The position numbers and the translations under genes were made by a program. Below are positions 57,601 through 64,000 of a DNA stretch of 64,000 nucleotides, piece by piece. Within the stretch, counting starts at the first letter, position 1. Each line of letters begins with the position of its first letter. The notes under the pieces were generated by a model, which was not told the origin of the DNA, searched no databases, and saw only the letters and a list, made by a program, of their open reading frames with translations. The DNA comes from a virus, in the IMG/VR virus record IMGVR_UViG_3300009514_000021, positions 3,278-67,277 of that record. The stretch is one strand, 5' to 3'.

Positions 57601-60600
57601 TCCAGGGTCAGACCACGATCGCAGACCCGAGCCTCATCGGCGAGCTGGAGTATCCGAGCACGGTCGCCAAGGACAGCCTGGCTCTGTGGACCGGAGGTGC
57701 CGGCGCCGGCAAGCTGATGGGCTTCCCGGTGCCTCGGGAGTACATGCCTCGGTTCGGTCGTCAGGACATCCCCTTCTATCCTGTCGCCGATGCCTCGGGG
57801 ACCTTCCTGTTCGGCATCAACCACCTGTTCCTCGACAGCACTGACGGAACGCGTCCGGTCTTCAGCGTCGTTGGCGGCGAAAGCAACACGATCGGCGGAG
57901 GCGTCAACGTCAGGCCTCTGTTCTTCATGACCGACGACGCAGCCGGCACAGTGGACTACGGCGAGAGCACGACCATCGTGTCGCCGTCCGGGACGGTTCC
58001 GGCCTACGTCGCACGGAAGAGCACCAACATCGCCGGCACGTTTGCTGCCCAGGCGGACGACATCATCGCACGTCTCAACGCGGTCCAGAGTTCCGACCTG
58101 GGCGCCGGCCTCAAAGGCATCATGCTGCCGCCGTATCACGGCGTCGCACGCGTCTATGGCGTCTATGACAAGCGCGACTACGACGCCAAGGGTGGTCGGA
58201 CGTTCAAGGCCGACCGTGTGACCCCCGAAGACGACCCGGCCACCAACCTGCTCCGGCAGGATGTGGACAAGCAGTCGCTGTTCATCTTCCAAGGCGGAGC
58301 AGCGGACTTCACCGACAACGTCGACGACCACACCTACATCATTCCGCTCGACGCGATCGACTTCACCAAGGCCCCCGACTGGGTCGACACCGAGGTTTTC
58401 GAAGACTTCGAGTTCATCGTGGAGATGGTCGGGTTCGGGTTCGCCCAGGGCTTCATCAACAAGAACAACTTCGTCTTGGTCCGTCGCGTCGACGGCGAAG
58501 GCGTGGAGCAGACCTCCGGGTCGGATCCTGAGCTGGAAGGGATCCACATGATTCTCCCCGCACCTGCGGGCGTCTCAGACGGCCTCTACACGGCTTACAA
58601 CCGCACGGTCTACCAGGGTGACCCCTTCATGACCCGCGCGGGAGAAACGCGTACGGTGACCGATTACGAGCACCGCTACGGTCAGATCCCGACGGCCTCG
58701 GCCCACGAGGTCGGCACCCCCATCCAGCAGTTCGACATCAACACGGTGCTGGATGAAGACTGCAACATCATCAGCAACATCGGCGGCATCGCTGTCGAGG
58801 CACCCAACGGCCGGGCCTTCCAGGTCCTCGCCGCGCTGGACTTCTACACGACCCTGGGCACCGGCAACATCGGCGGCCGTTCCTTCCCTGGAACGCCCCT
58901 GGATGTCGGGTTCACCGAGAACACCCCCGAGGGCTCGACCCGCATACCGGACGGCCCAACAGACCCCGCCTGGCGTGTCCTTACCCGGACGTTCAGCGAG
59001 GGCCAGAAGACCAGCGACAGTAGGGCTATGGCGGTCCTCGAGATCGTCGACAACGACCTCCTGAACCCAGCGTCCCTCGACCACGCGATCGTGCGCCTGG
59101 GCTTGCTCGACGGCACAGTTCTCGACCTGTTCGCCTCGACTGCGGCGAACGAGTCAGTGCTGACCACTGCGGGGGCCAGCACTGACGACATCTTCACCGT
59201 CGACGTGGACTCGGCCGCGGTCTCCAAGACCGAAACGATCGCCGACGGGTCACTGCTGTTCCCGACACCATTCACAGCAGGTGGCGCGGACCAGACCCAG
59301 ACAGCGGCTATCGCCTCTGGCATCATCGCCGATGCTGAGGTGGGCGATGCCCTTAGCGTCGTTCCGTCCGCCGACATCAGCAACACCTACGGGTCGTTGT
59401 CGTTCCACGCCTGGATGTCAGGTGCGGGCGTCGCCACCGTGGTCGGCACCTACACGTTGAGCCCGCACGCTTTCGAGGACCTGGTCCCAGCTGGAGGCAC
59501 CAATGTCCTGACGATCGCAGGAGCGCTGCCAGGTATCCTCCCGGCTCACGGTGGCGCGGGTGTCATCAACATCGCGTTCCCAGGGACAGCCTTGGGAGAC
59601 GTCATCTTGGTCGGTCAGACGGGTGGTGCCGCGCCGTGGCCCAGTGTCTCGGTGACTGGGCGGGTGTCTGCGGCCGGGTTCGTCGACTTCACTTTCACGA
59701 ACCAGCTCGGTGTAGCCAACGACCAATCGGTCGGACCCGGGGTCGATTTCACAGCTGTCGCGCTCCGAGACGGCACGCTGCCCGACCTCTCCGTGCCGGC
59801 TGTCCCCTTCGTTGTCTCGACGCACACGACGAGGTCCGACCCAGAGGTCACGGCGCAGAACCTGGTCACCCTCATCAACGGTCACGACCGGCTCAAGCGC
59901 TCGGTCACAGCGTACAGCCCGGCGACGACACAGGTTGTCCTCGAGGCGGTGCCCACTGGCGAAGAGGGCAACAATCTCTCGCTGTCCATACGTCACAGAG
60001 AGATTGACCCCGGAGCGCCCCTGAGCGAGGTCGGACCTTCTGGCACGGCGATCGAAACCGCGCTGCGGATCCGGGTGCCGACCAACAACGACACCGCCTT
60101 CGTGGGGACGCACCCGAGTTTCGGGGCGCACAACATCACGTTCACCCAGTTCCGTGGCGGGGTGAACAGCGCCGTCAACGCGGGCAACGGGACCACCCAG
60201 CTCCGCCTGACAGGTATGACCGAGCGTCTCCCCTTGGGGATCCTTCTCCAGGATTCCGACTTCCTGGGGGAGAATCCCCTCGGGGACGACGCCACGGCTC
60301 TGAAGACGAGCCCTGCCGGTATCCGACCCGTACAGACCCTTCTCCCGCTGACCAGCGGCGGGGAAGAGTTCACGAGGTTCCTGGGTGAGCCTGGGGCCCT
60401 GGTTGCGATGGCCGACGGCAAGATCCTCGGGTACGTGGCCTTCACCGACGCCACCCCGACGGGCTCGAGACGGTTCCGTCTCTACCGGGGTGGTGGCTCC
60501 GCGTTCGTCCTCAGCGGCATCAACCCCGGTGGTCCTATCGACTGGGTCTCCGAGAGCTTCCCCGAGACGCTGGATCCGGTGCTCAAGGGTGGGGTGCTGG

Positions 60601-60899
60601 CGTGCAAGGCCCTCTTGGTCCGCAACTTCCCCGAGGCGCCGTTCTCGACGCCTGTCGTGGTCTCGGAGGGTGACGAGATTCAGATGATCGTCATCACCCA
60701 TGGGCTGTTCGGCAACGGCCGGACCCAGGAGGAGGGCATCACGCTCAGCGGCATCATCTCGCCGACAGGGTACGGGGAGGGCTACGCGGCTTCGGATCGG
60801 TACCGCTGCACGGGCCGGCCGATGTACCGTGCGTTCACCAGGTCGGTACCTGACGTGGACAAGGTGACCCTGGCCGTGTTCTCCGGCGAGGAGGACTGA
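54609..60899 (+). CDS. Large tail fibre/baseplate protein with DUF6519-like N-terminus, 2096 aa (paralogue of 40310..43822)
   Basis: VSRTLD...WQKQRPPLDAEAN, DFIFLEVW, ETAKRTQVQYRIR, IDGYSYAIPICAVFRRN, RPDNLFAD...DVLDLRR. GAGG upstream. Confidence 0.7.
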   Translation: MAEDFGPNVSRTLDAQWRQFGGIIWQKQRPPLDAEANLRDQVNTEKNRLASKVMMPSGFVLDPTRAQADYQFDKNWSNFFVLANPRVDDAVWTYEKDPAMWAVVNGWVLPIIGTNITSDDDTRNIIKLFPSPESDSRVDFIFLEVWQALINPNPSEVNKPTADTLYKYGNVKYTGTQLVDDLEDPAKGYETAKRTQVQYRIRVFGEGSGLGSGVALDVYPDGLDDPNVFGQGTSTTPLTGGGAVMNFANMREEMGDPSLWRAGDGDPDNDLGTIDGYSYAIPICAVFRRNSNVFVAVESAGNANQNGAFSRNPGAGVLPNPLDGAKTLLTATLTDFLPYDGTGTIDITNMNGSGLEDTALVLDSTFLVIENEIIGISAVDAINETITISSRGRYGTDAVGHAEGCEVLFFNSRPDNLFADEVAQADVLDLRRGINPGDWDFKRILLHNVGALVKGDLRTAWKQSSPGDTEGPVVTEVDYLLSDGGTAVPNQTEALDGADGIRTVWSDASVYHPDVTLLLDNETAVDSDNITTVPLDSGAEWDVGADFKPGAFFNTGPGNPAESWTNGSMVFLHIGGDDGSGGARTTFRDGGERAVRFVTPKEYWKAGFPQIDPAGGNQYPVTLRFLDQRSHEPVEPIVTPATLDAELPKHPGPMYPWRELNFESPFIVLGGLLRSDLKTSIAATDLSSAIPFVIIDTGIDFDLAGSFYTKDANGEFVNDPTVVSSPLLRGQRTLYDMLTDGGRDRTGNSSEVYVILYGDADSSENNGCFRVVAAGTTGYTYTNAPDATSIITVPLSADATSIVSPGTGNTLTLEFRSQFTNAEDGTGASASDPAMVVVLTDIGGEDASIPWARVTLDTLGIPTSGVGEDKVAVASKMVLSTALLYHPGRGGTARVADQITRVALRQAATSTYLRQAPGALDTDFPAFSGMPADEIFFDPSHVQTWNRLESLGWHAPDAPGYGGKVIGFTEQDRESELFVDKGSKTVIFRPLRDRQMTLQGQTTIADPSLIGELEYPSTVAKDSLALWTGGAGAGKLMGFPVPREYMPRFGRQDIPFYPVADASGTFLFGINHLFLDSTDGTRPVFSVVGGESNTIGGGVNVRPLFFMTDDAAGTVDYGESTTIVSPSGTVPAYVARKSTNIAGTFAAQADDIIARLNAVQSSDLGAGLKGIMLPPYHGVARVYGVYDKRDYDAKGGRTFKADRVTPEDDPATNLLRQDVDKQSLFIFQGGAADFTDNVDDHTYIIPLDAIDFTKAPDWVDTEVFEDFEFIVEMVGFGFAQGFINKNNFVLVRRVDGEGVEQTSGSDPELEGIHMILPAPAGVSDGLYTAYNRTVYQGDPFMTRAGETRTVTDYEHRYGQIPTASAHEVGTPIQQFDINTVLDEDCNIISNIGGIAVEAPNGRAFQVLAALDFYTTLGTGNIGGRSFPGTPLDVGFTENTPEGSTRIPDGPTDPAWRVLTRTFSEGQKTSDSRAMAVLEIVDNDLLNPASLDHAIVRLGLLDGTVLDLFASTAANESVLTTAGASTDDIFTVDVDSAAVSKTETIADGSLLFPTPFTAGGADQTQTAAIASGIIADAEVGDALSVVPSADISNTYGSLSFHAWMSGAGVATVVGTYTLSPHAFEDLVPAGGTNVLTIAGALPGILPAHGGAGVINIAFPGTALGDVILVGQTGGAAPWPSVSVTGRVSAAGFVDFTFTNQLGVANDQSVGPGVDFTAVALRDGTLPDLSVPAVPFVVSTHTTRSDPEVTAQNLVTLINGHDRLKRSVTAYSPATTQVVLEAVPTGEEGNNLSLSIRHREIDPGAPLSEVGPSGTAIETALRIRVPTNNDTAFVGTHPSFGAHNITFTQFRGGVNSAVNAGNGTTQLRLTGMTERLPLGILLQDSDFLGENPLGDDATALKTSPAGIRPVQTLLPLTSGGEEFTRFLGEPGALVAMADGKILGYVAFTDATPTGSRRFRLYRGGGSAFVLSGINPGGPIDWVSESFPETLDPVLKGGVLACKALLVRNFPEAPFSTPVVVSEGDEIQMIVITHGLFGNGRTQEEGITLSGIISPTGYGEGYAASDRYRCTGRPMYRAFTRSVPDVDKVTLAVFSGEED

Positions 60900-61108
60900 T
60901 GCCCTTCGTACGTCGGATTGAGGTCGACCCCAAGACCCTCAAGAAGTTCGAACGCCGCACCAAGGCCGAGCTTCGTCAAGCCCTGCACAACCCTGCTCTT
61001 ACGGCGGAGCAGAAGGAAGAGATCCGGCGACGGATCAAGCAGGTCAGCCGTCCGAAAGTCTACTCGAAAGATTCCCCGCCTCCAGCGGGGGCCATCGCGT
61101 TCGAGTAG
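60899..61108 (+). CDS. Small basic hypothetical protein, 69 aa
   Basis: TGATG coupling, GAGGAGG upstream, Lys/Arg-rich helices. Confidence 0.65.
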   Translation: MPFVRRIEVDPKTLKKFERRTKAELRQALHNPALTAEQKEEIRRRIKQVSRPKVYSKDSPPPAGAIAFE

Positions 61109-61128
61109 CCACTCCAAGGAGGTTTCCA

Positions 61129-61677
61129 ATGCGACGCATCGCATTCATTCTCTGCTGCTCGGTCTTTCTCGCTGCCCCTGCTCTCGCTGCCCCTGATGCT
61201 GGACCGACGGCCAAGGACGTCAAGGAGATGCCCGCGGCATCGCCGGCCCCGGCCGATGCTGGTCCGACGCCTGCGAAGGCCGAGCCTGCCAAGAAAGCCA
61301 CTGCGGAGGAAGCCAAGCCGGTCCCACCGCGTGCGCAGCCCGAGACCATGACCGAGGCCATCAAGGAGGTCGGCGCTCTGGTCGAGGCGGCGCGCAACGG
61401 CAACTGGGTGCTGTTCACCGGCATCTTGATCATGCTGCTCATCTACATCCTGGACAAGCTGGTCAAGCTCAAGGAACGGATCCCCGCCAAAGCCGTGCCC
61501 TGGGTGTCCGCGGCGCTCGGCATCGTCGGGTCGATCGCGGCGCAGCTCACGACAGGCATTCCCTGGGGTCAGGCCTTGCTCCAAGGGTTCACCGCTGGAC
61601 TTGCAGCGGTCGGGCTCTGGGAGCTGATCTTCAAGCACCTGGTGAAGAAGAAGCCCGACCCTGCCCCGGCCAGTTAG
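61129..61677 (+). CDS. Holin-like membrane protein with N-terminal signal peptide, 182 aa
   Basis: AAGGAGG RBS. Signal peptide MRRIAFILCCSVFLAAPALA, Pro/Ala linker, three hydrophobic segments, basic C-terminal tail KHLVKKKP. Last gene of the structural cluster. Confidence 0.55.
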   Translation: MRRIAFILCCSVFLAAPALAAPDAGPTAKDVKEMPAASPAPADAGPTPAKAEPAKKATAEEAKPVPPRAQPETMTEAIKEVGALVEAARNGNWVLFTGILIMLLIYILDKLVKLKERIPAKAVPWVSAALGIVGSIAAQLTTGIPWGQALLQGFTAGLAAVGLWELIFKHLVKKKPDPAPAS

Positions 61678-61696
61678 TCTTCCCTGATAGCTGGTC

Positions 61697-61740
61697 AGAA
61701 GCCCCGGCGGAGCGTGTGGCTGCCGGGGCTTCTTTTGTTT
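61697..61740 (+). terminator. Rho-independent terminator between convergent gene blocks
   Basis: Perfect 12-bp stem AGAAGCCCCGGC (61697-61708) / GCCGGGGCTTCT (61722-61733) followed by TTTGTTT. Confidence 0.85.
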
Positions 61741-62207
61741 CAGGCCGCCTTCGAAACCCGGCCAGCACAGATGGGGCCGATGCCAGACTCGATGCTCTCG
61801 GGGACGGTCAGCTTGCGGCCACAGCGGCAGCAGCGACCCTCGTGCCAGAACTCGACGTTGGTCGGCATGTGCTTGTGCATGAGGCGCGGGAAGAGCCAGC
61901 TGAAGGCCTGGGCGCTCGCGGCGTCCGACCCGATGCGGCTCTTGCTACCGTGGCGGTAGTAGGGGCGCTGGCTACCCTGGAAGATGGTGCCCAGGTAGCC
62001 GTAGTTGGTCTCGTTGCAGGGGCCCTGCATGAGCTTGACGAACAGGCGGTCGTCGTTGTCCTTCTTGGACGCCGTGACCTTGTAGGTGAACCGCTTGCCG
62101 GTCGCGACGGAGACGATCGTGAAGGTCGCGTTGCCGCCGAGCACGAAGGTGCTGATGGCGTCGGCGTCGGTCATCTGGTGGCGCTTGCTCAAGGTGTCCT
62201 CCTTCAT
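61740..62207 (-). CDS. DUF6011-like zinc-finger phage protein
   Basis: C-terminal CCRCGRKLTVPESIESGIGPIC signature and N-terminal GNATFTIVS...RFTYKV. True start may be TTG at 62192 (AAGGAGG upstream). Confidence 0.75.
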   Translation of the reverse strand: MKEDTLSKRHQMTDADAISTFVLGGNATFTIVSVATGKRFTYKVTASKKDNDDRLFVKLMQGPCNETNYGYLGTIFQGSQRPYYRHGSKSRIGSDAASAQAFSWLFPRLMHKHMPTNVEFWHEGRCCRCGRKLTVPESIESGIGPICAGRVSKAA

Positions 62208-62220
62208 CAGTTCGCACTGA

Positions 62221-62240
62221 CTACGAGGAGGCGCCGGGAA
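62221..62240 (-). promoter_or_regulatory. Motif TTC-N10-CTCGTAG copy 1, candidate promoter of - strand genes
   Basis: Minus strand TTCccggcgcctcCTCGTAG in the gap upstream of the DUF6011-like gene; same spacing at 63379-63398. Confidence 0.35.
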
Positions 62241-62603
62241 CTAAGCATCCAATCCCGACAAATGCTTCTCGAGGTGGAAGGGGTCGAGGAACTCGAACTC
62301 GACGGGGTACTCGTCATCGAGCCGGAAGAACACCACTTTGGCGCGGGCTCTTTCGTCGTCGGAGTACAGGATCTTTTGGGTCTCCGGCCACTGCTCGAGG
62401 AACCTGTCGAACATCGTCCTGAAAGACTCGGAAGCCTTGACCGCGTACACGTCGACTGCCTCGGCGACGTCCTCGTCCTGGATGTGGGAGTTGCCCGTGA
62501 ACAGGACGACCTTGTGGCCTTTGGCTTGGAGGGATCGGACGAAGCCGGCGGGGTCCTCGACAGTGTCGAGGGTTCCGTTCCAGTCGAGGATGTAGATGTT
62601 CAC
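62241..62603 (-). CDS. Small HAD-superfamily-like protein, 120 aa
   Basis: GTG start at 62603 overlapping the upstream stop (GTGA), AAGG upstream. IYILDWNGTL (motif I), VVLFTGN (motif II), Lys, and ILYSDDE (motif IV). Confidence 0.65.
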   Translation of the reverse strand: MNIYILDWNGTLDTVEDPAGFVRSLQAKGHKVVLFTGNSHIQDEDVAEAVDVYAVKASESFRTMFDRFLEQWPETQKILYSDDERARAKVVFFRLDDEYPVEFEFLDPFHLEKHLSGLDA

Positions 62604-62833
62604 GTAGTTTCCTTGGGTACTGCGTGGAAGAGTTGCATCGGTCCCTCGCCGAGGTCGCTGACACAGGGGGACCCGGGGGTGTTCGGGCCGGTGTAATGGA
62701 ACTCGGCGGCGAAGCTCGAGTCGTCGTCGAGGCCGTAATAAAACGGGCCCGCTTGATGGATGATGTAGGCCCCGTTGATGCGGTACTTGGTCGGGCCCCC
62801 GTACTGGTTGTCGGCGTACTCGAAATAGGTCAC
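62600..62833 (-). CDS. Hypothetical protein, 77 aa
   Basis: Tiles between neighbours with 4-bp overlaps; Tyr/Gly-rich. Confidence 0.55.
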   Translation of the reverse strand: MTYFEYADNQYGGPTKYRINGAYIIHQAGPFYYGLDDDSSFAAEFHYTGPNTPGSPCVSDLGEGPMQLFHAVPKETT

Positions 62834-63030
62834 CCAGACGACGGCGACCTTGGCTTCCTCGCCGTAGACCCTCCCTCGATGCCGGGCATCGCACGCAGCT
62901 CGTCGATGGTCAGCGGGTTGCCCCTGGTGAACTTGGTCAGGAACCCATCGGGCTCGAAGGGGTCCTCGAAGCCGAGGTCCGCGGCCATGTCTTGGATGAC
63001 CGACTTCATCTGTTCGATTTCGGTAGACAT
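62830..63030 (-). CDS. Hypothetical protein, 66 aa
   Basis: GAGGA before ATG at 63030 (MSTEIEQMKSVIQDMAADLGF...). The longer ORF-track start overlaps the neighbouring gene. Confidence 0.55.
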   Translation of the reverse strand: MSTEIEQMKSVIQDMAADLGFEDPFEPDGFLTKFTRGNPLTIDELRAMPGIEGGSTARKPRSPSSG

Positions 63031-63037
63031 AGGGTCC

Positions 63038-63346
63038 TCAGCAGCAGCGGAACCAGCCGCCGGTTCCGCACGGGCAGCTGTTGGGGTTGCACATGGACGA
63101 GCAGTTGCCGTCGGTATGGCAGCGGCTGCTTCCGCCGTAGCGGCTGTAGGAGCGCTGCGGCTTTTCCTGGATGTACCCGTAGCAGTGGGGCACACCGTTG
63201 ACGTCGAAAGACTTGCCGACCGTGTCGACGACCTCGGTCTTGGTGCTGCCGTTCTTCTTGGTGACGGTCACGCGACCGGGCTTCACTTCGCTGGTGGGGC
63301 CGAAAACGACCCAGTCGCCCTTCTTCGTCTTTCGGTATTGAGCCAT
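63038..63346 (-). CDS. Small protein with Cys-rich C-terminus, 102 aa
   Basis: AAGGAG before ATG at 63346; ends CHTDGNCSSMCNPNSCPCGTGGWFRCC. Confidence 0.7.
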   Translation of the reverse strand: MAQYRKTKKGDWVVFGPTSEVKPGRVTVTKKNGSTKTEVVDTVGKSFDVNGVPHCYGYIQEKPQRSYSRYGGSSRCHTDGNCSSMCNPNSCPCGTGGWFRCC

Positions 63347-63378
63347 GCCGGTACTCCTTGGAACTGGTCTCACCCTAT

Positions 63379-63398
63379 CTACGAGAGCCCAGCCCGAA
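63379..63398 (-). promoter_or_regulatory. Motif TTC-N10-CTCGTAG copy 2
   Basis: Minus strand TTCgggctgggctCTCGTAG in the gap upstream of the Cys-rich gene. Confidence 0.35.
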
Positions 63399-63410
63399 AT
63401 CAGCAACCGA

Positions 63411-63662
63411 TCAGCCCATTCCGTTGTAGATGCGGACGGCTTCCATCAGCTCGTCGCCCTCCCATACGGTCTTGCCCTGGGTGATGTGCGGCTCGGCGAA
63501 GTAGCGGCGTGTCACCCGAAAAACGGCCCGTCCGACCCCGGCCTCGAGGACCTTGCGTTGGGTCTTGTCGACCGTGGTCGCGCTGGCGAGCTGCTGCCAC
63601 ATTTTCTGGGCGTGCCCCCACATTTCCTCGGTGGTGACCTTGCGGTACTCGGGGTCGATCAT
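63411..63662 (-). CDS. Hypothetical protein, 83 aa
   Basis: ATGA overlap with the upstream gene at 63659-63662 (MIDPEYRKVTTEEMW...). Confidence 0.6.
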   Translation of the reverse strand: MIDPEYRKVTTEEMWGHAQKMWQQLASATTVDKTQRKVLEAGVGRAVFRVTRRYFAEPHITQGKTVWEGDELMEAVRIYNGMG

Positions 63663-63919
63663 CGTTTCAGGAACGCCTTGCCTGTCGACCATCCGCCGGA
63701 GATGACCTTGGTCCCGTCGACCGACAGCCACTTCTTTGTCCGGGCGTGGGCGATGTACGGACCCATGTCCCCGGTCTTGGGGTTGATGCCGGCCTCAGCC
63801 CTCTGTTGCCCGGTGAGCCCCGCGAAAGGGTCGCCGTGCATCACCTGGGAGTGGCAGAGGAGGACCATCAGCTTGCGCGTGTACTGGTCGATGAATTCGA
63901 GCTGTGGTTTGCTTGCCAT
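63659..63919 (-). CDS. Hypothetical protein, 86 aa
   Basis: ATG start, plausible composition, tiles with the downstream gene. Confidence 0.6.
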   Translation of the reverse strand: MASKPQLEFIDQYTRKLMVLLCHSQVMHGDPFAGLTGQQRAEAGINPKTGDMGPYIAHARTKKWLSVDGTKVISGGWSTGKAFLKR

Positions 63920-64000
63920 GCAGGGATCTACCCTTTTCGAGGGGATCAGTTCGAAGTGGCGTAGAGTCCGGGCGTGAAGGATCGCGTCATCTTCGATCGA

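Noticed and set aside
56295-58547. 750-aa - strand ORF and many other long antisense or alternate-frame ORFs (e.g. 12111..13523, 18075..19499, 52738..54129)
   Set aside because: They lie wholly within long + strand genes, have skewed V/E/G/R composition and no motifs; these are expected shadows of high-GC codon bias.
47452-60899. Diversity-generating retroelement or invertible cassette acting on fibre genes
   Set aside because: No reverse transcriptase, recombinase or near-identical nucleotide repeat pair was seen by eye in this window.
63366-63395. + strand GGT-N6-CTAT near-match to the late motif
   Set aside because: Spacing is off by one, there is no downstream RAG, and it faces antisense to the local genes.
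1-64000. Stop-codon reassignment (alternative genetic code) as seen in some large phages
   Set aside because: Standard-code ORFs already tile the window densely, and TAG, TGA and TAA all end genes at sensible boundaries, several overlapping the next start in another frame.
63946-64000. 3' end of another - strand gene (…MTRSFTPGLYATSN*)
   Set aside because: Only 55 bases are visible, too little to support a call.
1-64000. CRISPR arrays, tRNA/rRNA genes, inteins, IS elements
   Set aside because: Intergenic gaps are all under about 70 bp and no such signatures were recognised.

Overview
A high-GC (roughly two-thirds by eye) segment that reads as the tail/baseplate module of a very large contractile-tailed (jumbo myovirus-like) phage. 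A bacterial extracellular contractile injection system is a less likely alternative. Bases 1-61677 are an almost gap-free + strand cluster: two paralogous tube-initiator-like genes, a gp27-like hub with an inserted lytic-transglycosylase-like domain, a gp5/VgrG-like spike, a three-repeat putative spike-tip protein, a 3813-aa protein, gp25-, baseplate J- and gpI/gp7-like wedge genes, several fibre/spike proteins (two DUF6519-like paralogues and a very long parallel beta-helix protein) and a signal-peptide-bearing holin-like gene. Nine proteins exceed 1000 aa. An intrinsic terminator separates this from a convergent - strand run of small phage-type genes (DUF6011-like, HAD-like, Cys-rich). A tripartite motif G[T/G]T-N7-CTAT-N14-[G/A]AG occurs with exact spacing in the four longest + strand intergenic gaps (candidate late promoter). 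A different motif, TTC-N10-CTCGTAG, precedes two - strand genes. No capsid, sheath, tape measure, tRNA, rRNA or CRISPR array was seen. All family assignments are by-eye motif recognition, not database hits.
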